A stretch of 63,560 nucleotides of DNA, counting the filler, from Globobulimina sp. (lineage: Eukaryota), in assembly GCA_003354225.1 (NCBI GenBank). It is 34 parts of 34 records of this genome, joined end to end, with 100 filler letters (N's around TTAATTAATTAA, not from the genome) between each part and the next. Parts side by side here need not be neighbours in the genome. Positions count along the whole stretch, not along the records: positions 22,480 to 24,252 come from PIVH01012113.1; positions 24,353 to 26,125 come from PIVH01012114.1; positions 26,226 to 27,998 come from PIVH01012115.1; positions 28,099 to 29,870 come from PIVH01012116.1; positions 29,971 to 31,742 come from PIVH01012117.1; positions 31,843 to 33,614 come from PIVH01012118.1; 28 more parts are not named here. One strand, given 5' to 3'. Under the pieces are notes generated by a model. The model saw nothing but the letters and a program-made list of their open reading frames with translations. It was not told the DNA's origin and searched no databases. This document shows, one piece after another, positions 23,008-33,714 of this stretch; positions within the stretch are counted from its first letter, which is position 1, and each line of letters begins with the position of its first letter. A program made the translations under genes and the position numbers.

Positions 23008-24069
23008 TTAACTTTCTGCTATGTACGAATTTTCTTGCGGTTTCTTGCTTTGCTCATATGAGAATAACTTACGAGACGTACTTTCAAGATCCAAGAGTAG
23101 CTTTTTCTTCTGTTCCACATTGAATTCATTAGATTCAATCATGCGATTCAATGCTTTACATTTTATTCCAATCATTTTTTGTGGTGCCTTCTGACCCGTT
23201 GCTATCCATTTTTCGTAGGTATCGACACATTTTTGGTATTGCTTTCCATTGAAATATCCCCGCACAATGTTGGTAACAAACCCTCTGTTGATCTGGAATC
23301 CATATTCAATCACATAATGCACGGCCTTTTCCATTTCAATCACATTGCCATTGTTACAAAATACAGTGAGATAGGCCCCAAATGTTTGAACGTGGGGATT
23401 TAGGTCACCATCTTTTATGCTTTGCACATATTCATGGAAAATGTCAATAGCTTTATTAGTATCTTTCAGTTTGTCATAAACCAACAATATCTCTGTATAT
23501 ATCATTTCGTCCGGTGACAAATCATATTTTTTCCGCATTAACTTCCAGTATTTTTCAGCTGTTTGATAGTGGCCGTTCAGTCTCAATGATTTAAGCAATG
23601 ATGAGAATATAATCACATTTGGCTGTATTTTAAAATTATGCACCATGAGTTTGAAATATTTAATACATAGTTCAGGTTTGTCGGAAATTGCCATCGCGTC
23701 TATAAATATGCTGAATGACCACACATTGAGAGGGAGCCGAGATTTTAATAATAATCGCATGATATTATGAACAGAATCAAAGTCTTTTTTCCGTTTGCAT
23801 TGCGTCATTGCTTTGACATAAATCTGTGGATCGTCAATGCTATCATATTTTTCTTGAATAAGTCCTAAAATGGCTGTTGAGTCTGATAGTGTGTGGATTG
23901 AATGCAAAATTGGTTTTTTTGAATGGTGCTCGTTTTGCCATGCCGTGGATAATGCAGATAGCCAATTTTCAGGAATTTGATGTGAATGTCTCTTGGCGAC
24001 ATACGATGACAGATTGAAAGATCTGGCATAGTGTTTCAACGCATTGCGAACAAAACTGGCTGATTTCAT
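23008..24069 (-). CDS. Pentatricopeptide-repeat protein with putative mitochondrial presequence
   Basis: Basic/Ser-rich N-terminus and tandem 35-aa motifs (LNVWSFSIFIDAMA, PNVIIFSSLLKSL, PDEMIYTEILLVY, PHVQTFGAYLTVF). Confidence 0.88.
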   Translation of the reverse strand: MKSASFVRNALKHYARSFNLSSYVAKRHSHQIPENWLSALSTAWQNEHHSKKPILHSIHTLSDSTAILGLIQEKYDSIDDPQIYVKAMTQCKRKKDFDSVHNIMRLLLKSRLPLNVWSFSIFIDAMAISDKPELCIKYFKLMVHNFKIQPNVIIFSSLLKSLRLNGHYQTAEKYWKLMRKKYDLSPDEMIYTEILLVYDKLKDTNKAIDIFHEYVQSIKDGDLNPHVQTFGAYLTVFCNNGNVIEMEKAVHYVIEYGFQINRGFVTNIVRGYFNGKQYQKCVDTYEKWIATGQKAPQKMIGIKCKALNRMIESNEFNVEQKKKLLLDLESTSRKLFSYEQSKKPQENSYIAES

Positions 24070-24369
24070 GAAGTTTTGTAAGAAATATCCTTGCACTCAA
24101 AGAAACAATATTTGACTAGAGGTCCGATGGAGTTCCCATTCGCACGGACTCCAATCCACGAATTTCTTTGTTTTTTGGGGAATAAGCTGTTGACAATAAA
24201 TATAATGGAATCATATTATAATATCCAAAGAAAAACATAATTCTATCATTCCNNNNNNNNNNNNNNNNNNNNNNNNNNNNNNNNNNNNNNNNNNNNTTAA
24301 TTAATTAANNNNNNNNNNNNNNNNNNNNNNNNNNNNNNNNNNNNNNNNNNNNTTGTTTTTTCTTTCAAG

Positions 24370-25631
24370 CATATTCTGGTTATTTCTCAGCAGACCTTGA
24401 CAATGAATATTTTTATTGGTTTTTCGAGTCTCGTACATCACCACAAAATTCACCATTGATTATGTGGCTTACTGGCGGTCCCGGATGTTCTTCCATTGGT
24501 GCACTATTAACTGAAAATGGCCCATGTTCAGTCAACTCACATGCCACCGATACCGAATTAAATCCTTATTCGTTGAATCAAAATGCAAATATAATGTTTG
24601 TTGGTATGCTACAATTTATTATATGTTATAACTAAACTATATGTACAAAACACAAAATATGTTCAGATCAACCACCAGGTACAGGCTTTACAACTGGCCC
24701 TAAAATAAGAACAGAAGCAGAAATAGCAAAGGATATGTTTGCATTTTTACAAAATTTCATCAGTCCATTTAGTCGATATTTTAACAATGGATTTTATGTT
24801 TTTGGTGAAAGCTTTGCAGGCCATTATGTACCAAATATAGTAAATTATATTTATCAGCAAAATGTGAACAATATTGGTACGCCAATACCTTTGGTCGGAT
24901 TTGCGATTGGTAATGGTATCACTGACCCATATGTCCAATTTGAATGGTATGCGTTAATGGCATATAACTCGACCACAGCTCGGCATGTCATTGATTTCGA
25001 GACATATAATACAATGACTGCACATATTCCTGAGTGTCAATCTTTGATTCTAAAATGTAACGAAGATACCAGCAATAGGCAGAATTGTGAGACTGCCAAT
25101 GATTTCTGTCAGGATCAAGAAATAGCTCCGGTGGAAGCTACTGGCGTCAATCGGTATAATTTGAATTTGTAATGTGAAATAGAGCCATTATGTTATAATT
25201 TCAGTAACGTTGAAGTTTGGTTGAATAACGAAACAGTACAACATGAGTTAGGCGTTGATATGCAATGGGATCAATGTACTGATTATGACCAGTTAGATGC
25301 GGATTGGATGATTGATTATGAATTACTGTTATCGCCGTTATTGGAAAATAAAATACGTGGTTTGATATATAATGGTGATTTAGATTTTGTTTGTAATTAT
25401 TTAGGTGGTCGAGCATGGGCAAAGGATTTGGAGTGGAGTGGAAAAAAAGGATTCAATAATGCTGTGCCATATGAATGGAATGACAGTGAAGGAAATCCAG
25501 CTGGAATGTTAAGACAATATCAAACATTGACGTTTTTACAAGTGTATAAAGCGGGGCATATGGCACCAATGGATCAGCCGTTGGCCACCCAAACCATGGT
25601 CAATCAGTTTGTAAATGACACATTAAAATAA
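24370..25631 (+). pseudogene. Serine carboxypeptidase S10 with one in-frame TAA (25170-25172); intron 24604-24666
   Basis: YSGY, FYWFFESR, WLTGGPGCSS, VDQPPGTGF (restored by the 63-nt intron), GESFAGHY, GDLDFVCN, AGHMAP. The two ORF-track segments are in the same frame, separated by a single TAA. Confidence 0.85.
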
Positions 25632-25726
25632 CAATTAATACTCTTTAATATAATAGTTGTGGCAAGGATAATAGACGCAAACTATGAGATAATATATAAA
25701 TCAGTCAACAACACGCCTTACAATCA

Positions 25727-26125
25727 CTATTTCAATTTAGTTGCTTCAAAACATGCAAAATATCCAATTTTTTTGACATAGACATCATTAAAATAACGAT
25801 TTAAAACTTCTTCAATATCCTCCATTGTATCATTTTCATTAAACAGTGGTCCATGTTTTTGCATGTATTGGACAAAAGAATTTCTCAGTGATTTCTCTGG
25901 AGTCATAATAAATGTACAACCAAATAAATATGTATTTTCATGCATAAAATTGGAGAGATTATCAATAATTTTTGGCAATTTTTCATTCATTGGTGATGGA
26001 ACACAATGCAATAAAGCCATCATTGCAATGCTATCAAATGATTGTTGTTGATCCACATTATTTAAAAACGTAAACGGATTATTCAACGAATCTAATTTTA
26101 AAACATCGCAACAAACCGATTCAAT
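25727..26125 (-). CDS. Hypothetical protein, C-terminal fragment
   Basis: Open frame of more than 119 codons convergent with the carboxypeptidase; no family recognised. Confidence 0.5.
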   Translation of the reverse strand: MESVCCDVLKLDSLNNPFTFLNNVDQQQSFDSIAMMALLHCVPSPMNEKLPKIIDNLSNFMHENTYLFGCTFIMTPEKSLRNSFVQYMQKHGPLFNENDTMEDIEEVLNRYFNDVYVKKIGYFACFEATKLK

Positions 26126-26225
26126 NNNNNNNNNNNNNNNNNNNNNNNNNNNNNNNNNNNNNNNNNNNNTTAATTAATTAANNNNNNNNNNNNNNNNNNN
26201 NNNNNNNNNNNNNNNNNNNNNNNNN

Positions 26226-27075
26226 CAATAAAAATAAATAAACACCATCCAAACAAATGGATAAACCCTAATAATTCTTGATGGATAATTGGTAAATTAA
26301 AGCCCAAATAGGCAGTGACCATCGCAAGTATCCACGAAATATAACCACATGATTTATGCATCAGTTCCCAAATAAATCGGTTCCTCGGTTTCTTTTCATT
26401 CAATGCAGCCGGATGTGGCCGGAATAATGCATTTAATGGTTGTAAAATTACTAAAATGGTGACCACTAAGCCCATAATCATATGACTGTTACTAAAGTGT
26501 CCAACACCCGAATCTTGCACGAATATAATCGCAATAACAAATGCAATCAAATGTAATAACACCACCACACTTTGTACTGTCCGATGCATTTTAAACCAAC
26601 CACCTTTTGGTGTGCTCGGGAATAACCATCGAAACGCACTGGAAATAATACCAACGGATGCAAGCACGCACCACACTGTCCACATAATTATGCCGTGAGC
26701 ATACTGCAATGATAAGTCATCCTTTTCAGTGCGAGAACCACCAGAAATAAATGAATAATGTTTTGTATCTAAGGAGTGGTCTGCGTGGTAAACTAAATTG
26801 AGTGTATCCGGACTGCCAACTGCCCATCGCATCGCTATCTCTTTTGTATAAATATCCCAATCCGTTTTACTTAACTCTTGTTGATAAATAATATGCATTT
26901 CTTGACTCCCAACTGAACTTTCAATCTTATTCCAATTTGAACCTTCATAATATACAACATTTTGTGCAGTCATTCCCGCTGTAATCGAATAAGAATATAA
27001 TCCATTCGGCCTACTATATGCTTTGCCAGTGGTGTAAATCAGGGCATTGCCCAACATACAATTCCAAACCAATTA
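26226..27075 (-). CDS. DOMON + cytochrome b561 protein, disrupted at the 5' end and 3'-partial
   Basis: AHGIIMWTVW, WFKMHRTVQ, HMIMGL..ILQPL...RP and WELMHKSCG carry the four b561 haem His. Upstream MRWAVG...YH is DOMON-like. The NWFGIV motif sits out of frame near 27060-27075. Confidence 0.85.
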
Positions 27076-27432
27076 TTCTTCATGTTCTTGTTCCTCTTCT
27101 TCGTTATTGTGTTCTTTTGCATTTATTGTTTCTGTCCCATCTTCGTCTGTTTCTGTTGCTGTTTCGGGCTTCTTCTTGGTGGGATTTTTCTGCACTCGTA
27201 TGTATCCATCAATAATCAATCTAGTTTTATCATCAATGTAATCGAGTTTCCTTCCAACTGAATCAGACATGTTGTCGTGTGAAAACCTTTCAAGTATTAA
27301 AAGTATACAAAATAACAGACAAAAACAAAAAAAGTATATAATGTAAAAAAAGTAGAATCAATACTATGTTAATCCCATATCCCCTTTGAAAGAATAAAAA
27401 GAAAAAGAAAAAGAAAATCATATATTTCATTT

Positions 27433-27998
27433 TCACGTCAGCGATTTAATATTTTTCATCAATTTTATTTGAAGCCCAATCGTAATTATAGTATTAACAA
27501 AAATTGCTTTTAATGAATCCAAATCCAATGATTTTATAGTTTCCATATCATCGATACCATTCTCAATAAATATATCATAAATCGTTTCCGGTAAATTACA
27601 TTTTTTCAACCATACTTTTACATTATTTTTTTCCACTTCTTTCGGATTAATATTCACATCATAACCAATTCTATCCTTATTAGTTTTATTCCGATGACAC
27701 TCTCGATTTAATGCTTGCAAATTCCTCCTATCATTGGTACCGGACCAATCTCAAAAGTTCCTGATAACCGTTTCTTACAACACCTGCATTCCCAGTTCTG
27801 ATCCGCAGCAATTTGTCTTTTAATTGATTCCGGAATATACCGTGACATTTGCATTTGTACCCATTCATTGTCATCACTTATAACATCTTTATTATCTAAA
27901 TGTACCCAATATGATTCTTCCTCATCTTCCCATATAAATTCTACTTTTATCTGTCCATTATCTTTCTCCTTAACAATGCATTTAATCCATCCTAATTT
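27433..27998 (-). pseudogene. Tudor-like + HNH endonuclease + SAM-domain protein with frameshift near 27745, 5'-partial
   Basis: One frame gives GWIKCIVKEKDNGQIKVEFIWE....YWV then SRYIPESIKRQIAADQNWECRCCKKRLSGTFEI. A second frame gives SGTNDRRNLQALNRECHRNKT then SAM-like VKVWLKKCNLPETIYDIFIENGIDDMETIKSLD...IGLQIKLMKNIKSL. Confidence 0.75.
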
Positions 27999-28098
27999 NN
28001 NNNNNNNNNNNNNNNNNNNNNNNNNNNNNNNNNNNNNNNNNNTTAATTAATTAANNNNNNNNNNNNNNNNNNNNNNNNNNNNNNNNNNNNNNNNNNNN

Positions 28099-28640
28099 TA
28101 ATATCCGTATTTTCTGCCATCATACCATCGCCTAAAAATAATCCATCCTCCAACATCATATTCGGATATGTTATGATTTTATTTCCACACAAAAACGCAT
28201 AATTTGCATAAATATCTTTATATTCTCCATCAAATACATATAATGATATATTTTCACCAATTGATTGTATTAAGTCCCATAAATGATCGATGACAGCTTT
28301 GTTTGCGCTCTTTTTATCACCGTATAGAACAACTGGATATGGCAATATTTCTTCAAATTTATCCAATTTCTATTTATTTTGTCATGCAATTAATTGATTG
28401 TTATTTAAATATTAATTAATAATAAAAGATAAATACCATTGGTTCAGCAATATTGCCGGCTCCATTCACATGAGATTTTTTGTATTCTTGTGATTCACGT
28501 AAATCGTAAACATTTGGTGAGAGTTGTTTCAAATTAAAAAACCATTGCAATCCACATATTTTATATGTATTCTCTTTCCCAATATCCTTTTCCTCCTTTT
28601 CTTCGCTTTTGTTGTCATCTGCTACTTTCTCGGCAAGCAT
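28099..28640 (-). CDS. Rhodanese + dual-specificity phosphatase (MAPK phosphatase-like), N-terminal part; intron 28436-28370
   Basis: VYDLRESQEYKKSHVNGAGNI, VVLYG, VFDGEY....NYAFLC (rhodanese-like), then YPNMMLEDGLFLGD (start of DSP domain). The 67-nt GT-AG intron keeps the frame. Confidence 0.8.
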
Positions 28641-28781
28641 GCTGACAGTGACGAAGATATATCTTTTTTTTAGAAAAAAAAAAGAGCGAAGCAAATACTC
28701 AAACTTTCACAAATTAATTAATTATAACTATAAGTAATAACTCACACACTGGCATATATCATTGCAATTGTTTCACAAAGT

Positions 28782-29611
28782 TTATCGCGGTGTTCCTAGA
28801 TGTTCATTATCCAAAATTCTTTGTTGTTGCGTAACTAATCTTTTTTGATACCATTCAAACAATTCATGTATCATAATCTGCCCACTTTTATCAACATCGA
28901 TCTGATGCCACAAAACCTCAATACCCGAAGGATCTGTCTCTCCGATCAATTTGCAAAATATCGTAAATTCAGCATATTCAATCGAGCCAGACTGCAAACG
29001 CAAAAACAAAAATATTTATACAACAACAAAGTATATACACAAAGCTCAACTTTATCAACATCGACAACATCAAATATCTTGGATGCATTTTGTAATAAGA
29101 TCCAATTACTTTGTTTTTCAACAAATGCTTTAATTTGTTGACAATTCGGATTAATGTTAATATCACAAAAAAAATCACAAAACTCATGACAAGTTATTAA
29201 TTTTTTCAAATCGTCCGTTTTTTCAAGAACTTCAACAATTTTATGACTGGTTACAGATACATTATCATCTTCATTCCCATCCAAATTTAAAATAGTTAAA
29301 AAACTTTCCATTTCAGGAACTGTCATATACAAATTTTTTTTGCTAAGACCTGATGAACCGGCAAATTGCCAAAAAACTAATTCCATCCATTCGCGATATG
29401 TCTTTTCTGTGGATGGTTTTTTTTCTTCTTGCAATGATGCATCTGATACGTCTGCACTTTCATTCTCCTCTGCTTTTAAATATCCACTTTGTCCCTCGCT
29501 TTCTTCCGATTTCTCATCACGTTTCTCATCCAAAAGGGATTGTTTTTTGTCGTCAAGCGATGAGTGTGTCGTTGATTCTGTGAGATCAGAACAACATATA
29601 ACAGAACCCAT
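28782..29611 (-). CDS. EF-hand calcium-binding protein with dual-acylation N-terminus; intron 29050-28992
   Basis: MGSVICCS start. The 59-nt intron restores the EF loop DVDK-SGSIEYAEF; a second loop is DVDKSGQIMIHEL. Confidence 0.88.
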
Positions 29612-29970
29612 TATTTATTATTTTCACTTAACCTTAGTAAAAAACTTAACCCCATCAAAATTGCCCGTTTTGCATTGGCAGACACTGGCTCCAGAATAAA
29701 TAGGTTCCACAATCAAATATTCATGCAACGAATCATCGAATTCTGCGCCAACGTTCATTCCAACCGATTACACCTTTGGAAAATCATCTGCGGCGCCAAC
29801 AGCTATAATGAAAAAACACTTGATTTTGAATACAAACACCATAATATTGATATATCCCATGCACGAAACANNNNNNNNNNNNNNNNNNNNNNNNNNNNNN
29901 NNNNNNNNNNNNNNTTAATTAATTAANNNNNNNNNNNNNNNNNNNNNNNNNNNNNNNNNNNNNNNNNNNN

Positions 29971-30394
29971 AAATAAATATTTACATAACCGTTTAAATTT
30001 CCATCACAGTATTATCGAAGTAAGTCTGACATGAATTTCGTTAACGTCATATAATTAACATATTTTTTAGGGTTTAATTGATATCGCGAACAACATTGAT
30101 TCCCCCAAACAATACGCCTTCAAGAATTCGGATAGTAACAATATGGAAGAAACTATGGATGCCATGCCTACTAATACATGGAAAATTAAACAGTTCCGTT
30201 ATTTAAATGATATACGTTTAAGCAAGGTTTTAAGACATTGGCCAATGAAGCTACGTCGTCGCCGTTTTTGCGCCGTTCATGGGGGATCAGGAAAGAAACG
30301 TGTACGTGTTAGTACTGGATGCTATACATGTAAAGTGGCGCTTTGTTTGGGTACGTGCTACAGGAAATGGCATACCAATGAACATATTGACTGA
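29971..30394 (+). mobile_element. piggyBac-like transposase C-terminus (Cys-rich domain) with 51-nt intron 30020-30070
   Basis: NRLNFHHSIIE-GLI across GTAAGT...TTTTAG, then RLSKVLRHWP....RRFCAVH.....RVSTGCYTCKVALCLGTCYRKWH, matching the piggyBac C-terminal zinc-binding domain. Confidence 0.8.
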
Positions 30395-32085
30395 TTTCAT
30401 GTCACGTTTAATACATTCTTTACTATTTTGTCAGTAAAATTTAAACTACATGTATCATTATATGACCGTCGCGGTTAGATTACATTCTCGCTAGTTGTGC
30501 TTACTTTCAGTTACTTTAGTTTATGTTTTCTTAGTTTTAATGTTTATGTCTTGTTTAGTTGCTTTTACTGTCACTGTGACGCAAGTTATACATTTCACCG
30601 TTTAGTCATGTCAACCCCGTTTGATCCATTTAAACCGTTCGAGGATCGTCAACCATGGAACCAAGCTGAAATGGAAAACATGAGAAACCGCGTATGGGCT
30701 ACGTACTCGAAGAAGGCGCAGTATTATAACGAACGTGTAACTCAAAGTTTTAAGGACGCCAATGCCGCCGTTGACGGTTAGTTGCGTTGTGTTTGTTTAT
30801 TTGCGTCAACTTGACTTTATTTAGAAGGTGACGAAGATATGCAATATCATGTCGATAAAATACAAGGTTATATGGCTTTAGTTCGGCAGACCTACCGTCT
30901 ATATCTAATAGGTACCTATGTTTAATGGCTACATTGAATATTGCAATATGTTCTGTTTCAGAACACGAATTCATGGATGGAATCTATGGACCGAAAGTTC
31001 GTAAATATGGTACCATTGGCTTCAAGGCTTTGGAAATTTGAATTGCGAACGATTCATTGTTTAAATGTATAGTCCGAATAACTAATCACCGGTTGTTCTT
31101 ATTTATTAAGTTTTGAAATCGTTCATTACTGCTGTATAGATCGCGATATTTACCAATGATTTATTTCTTACTTAAAATTTTTTGAAGTAGTAAAGGTTTG
31201 CTTTGTGTACGTACTTCTGATTTAGTTGACAATTGTTTCTACTTCTTGCACAGTCACTGTGTTACTGTATAATTTTTGACCACTATTATTATGTATGGAA
31301 CGTCAACGTTTCATTGAAGGGCATACAAGTCAAGTGCGTTACCCTGGTTTTACCCTACTAACACTAACGATGGTCGATAGAAGTGATTGTACGCCCTCAA
31401 ACTGGGAAGATCTGGATGATTCCGATGATGCTGAAATCCGTAGAAATGACACAACAGAATCTCGTCTGAGACCGGAGGACGAACGTGATGAGACGCAGAA
31501 TTCAGAAAAATTACAGGGAAAAACTAAGGGTGCTAACATTGCAAAGAAGTGAGTAACACCTACTGTACTGTTAACTTGCCATCTAGGATTTTCACTTACA
31601 GGGGTGCTGAAAGATATGGCTTACAGCTGGGAATGTCAACGCGTCATCATCGCACAAGAGAACGAATTTCACCTGACACATTATGTCAACGAAAAGCCTG
31701 TGATAAAAGAGATTTAAAGTTCATGCAAAAAAATTTGAAGTCNNNNNNNNNNNNNNNNNNNNNNNNNNNNNNNNNNNNNNNNNNNNTTAATTAATTAANN
31801 NNNNNNNNNNNNNNNNNNNNNNNNNNNNNNNNNNNNNNNNNNGGTTGGCGTTGGGTGATTGTGATTGCGACGGGTTGTGGGAGTGAGGAGTGTGTGATGC
31901 AATGTTGATACTCATCGGTGGCCGGTTACCTTTTGGATCATTGGATGGCAAAGTTTCATATTAAAAGCACACAAAAAGTAATAAGAAAATCGGTTTTGTT
32001 GTGTGCATGGTAAAAATTTCTCATATTTTCAGAAATTAGTTTGAAATTGACTGAAAATTTGGGAATTTGCATGATTTGTGGGGAC

Positions 32086-32487
32086 TTATTTGGATTTAAA
32101 CATACCATTATTTAGTGTCTGGTTTATTAATTTCATACTAGTGCTAGAATAGGTTGGTGGTGGATATCTAAATGTATTTTGTGTACAGGGTGGTGTTGCA
32201 TATTGACCATAAGTTGTGTTTGGGTTTGTTGTATTTGCAGAGGGCTGAGGTGTTGTTGTTGCACTTGGGCCGTTTTGTAGTGCTCTATTTGGTGTATGTG
32301 CGCCGAGTGAACTCGTGGAGGCTCGCGTTCCATTTGATGTTTGCGTTACTTTTGGAGCTGTGGGAGGATGGAAGGATTTAGAACTGAAACGTACAGTGAT
32401 GAAACCACCAATGAGCGATGCTAATAATACTGTTATGAACATCAACGCAAGAGATTCGATACTTACGTCTGACATGGTTACTGTCAC
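32086..32487 (-). CDS. Small single-pass membrane protein with Pro/Thr/Ser-rich tail
   Basis: Hydrophobic helix LALMFITVLLASLIGGFITV followed by low-complexity sequence containing PPTY. The likely ATG is at 32475. Confidence 0.5.
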   Translation of the reverse strand: MTVTMSDVSIESLALMFITVLLASLIGGFITVRFSSKSFHPPTAPKVTQTSNGTRASTSSLGAHTPNRALQNGPSATTTPQPSANTTNPNTTYGQYATPPCTQNTFRYPPPTYSSTSMKLINQTLNNGMFKSK

Positions 32488-32526
32488 AGTTTTGCAGAAA
32501 ATCTTAATATAATAACATTAACCGTC

Positions 32527-33438
32527 TCATACTTTTGTTTTAACCGTCTCAAAAATCAAAAACGTTATACAAGTCGCTGGCATAATTCGCAAGATATTTA
32601 GATGCATTCCAGCATAAAAGCCCTTTATGCCGTGTGTGTTCCATACAGTTTTAAATACACTGCCAATTGTTTCCATATCTCCACTAACATCTTGTAACCG
32701 TGTCCGGATCACTTGATATGGATAGGTCATGATTAAAGCAGCTGTTTTGGAAATTATTGTATTTATTATAATCTCCGATGGTGTCATATATGTTTTACTC
32801 CGATCCTGAAATGTATATTTCAGCCGTTCATAAACCATAAAATGTAGCGATGACTGACATACTCCAAACATTGATGGTATTAAACCTCTCCAAAACCCTC
32901 TCAATCCGCGGTGTATATAAATATTATCACAACATTCCCAAAATGTCCCTGTAAAGTATCAAAGTGGTTATTTTCCTGAAATTTCAATGTAAGTCTCACC
33001 TTTTCTAGTTAACTGCAGATTGGTTTTAATGACCCATATGGGAGTTGACATTATTTGCGTAATGGAACCAGCAATGAAAGCAGATAATAAATGTTGTTGT
33101 GGTTTTAATTTCGATGTCGGTGAATGTCTCACAATATCCTTCACTTTTACGTATAAATAAAAATAGGTTCCCCACGCTGCAGTGGATCCAAACAGACTCA
33201 CTTTTATTCCGGCAAAAAGTCCGCAAATCCCATTGCGTTGAATTATGGATTTGAATCCAAGCATAGATGATTGGTAATGTGTGTAATGCGCACTTTGCAA
33301 TCTTGTTTTCAACAAATCCAATGGGTACGTCAACAATGTAGAGGTGAAACCTGCTGCAAAACCTGCAATGGCTTGTTTATGTGAGGATATTAAAGGAACT
33401 ATTTGTTGCTGTTTCATATTTTTGTGTCGGAAATCCAC
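32527..33438 (-). CDS. Mitochondrial carrier (SLC25), folate/FAD/NAD-carrier-like; intron 32999-32949
   Basis: Signature motifs PLDLLKTRLQ, PIWVIKTNLQ, PYQVIRTRLQ; AWGTYFYLY. The 51-nt intron joins RK-GTFG...GLRGFWRG. Confidence 0.92.
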
Positions 33439-33714
33439 AGATCGATTTGGATTGCAATTAATTAAAAGTTTTTCAAGTTGGCTGATTTACAGTGGGCATA
33501 CAAATCGCGGCAGATTGAAGTTATTACGAAAGCAATTCCTATAATTGATAGGAATGCAAATAAAAATTGATAGCCAACAAAGCCTGATAAGAATGACATT
33601 GCTGTTGAACCTAGNNNNNNNNNNNNNNNNNNNNNNNNNNNNNNNNNNNNNNNNNNNNTTAATTAATTAANNNNNNNNNNNNNNNNNNNNNNNNNNNNNN
33701 NNNNNNNNNNNNNN

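Noticed and set aside
30497-31742. Short ORFs downstream of the piggyBac-like end
   Set aside because: Possible small exons (a GTGAGT donor at 31550), but no consistent gene model or family could be built.
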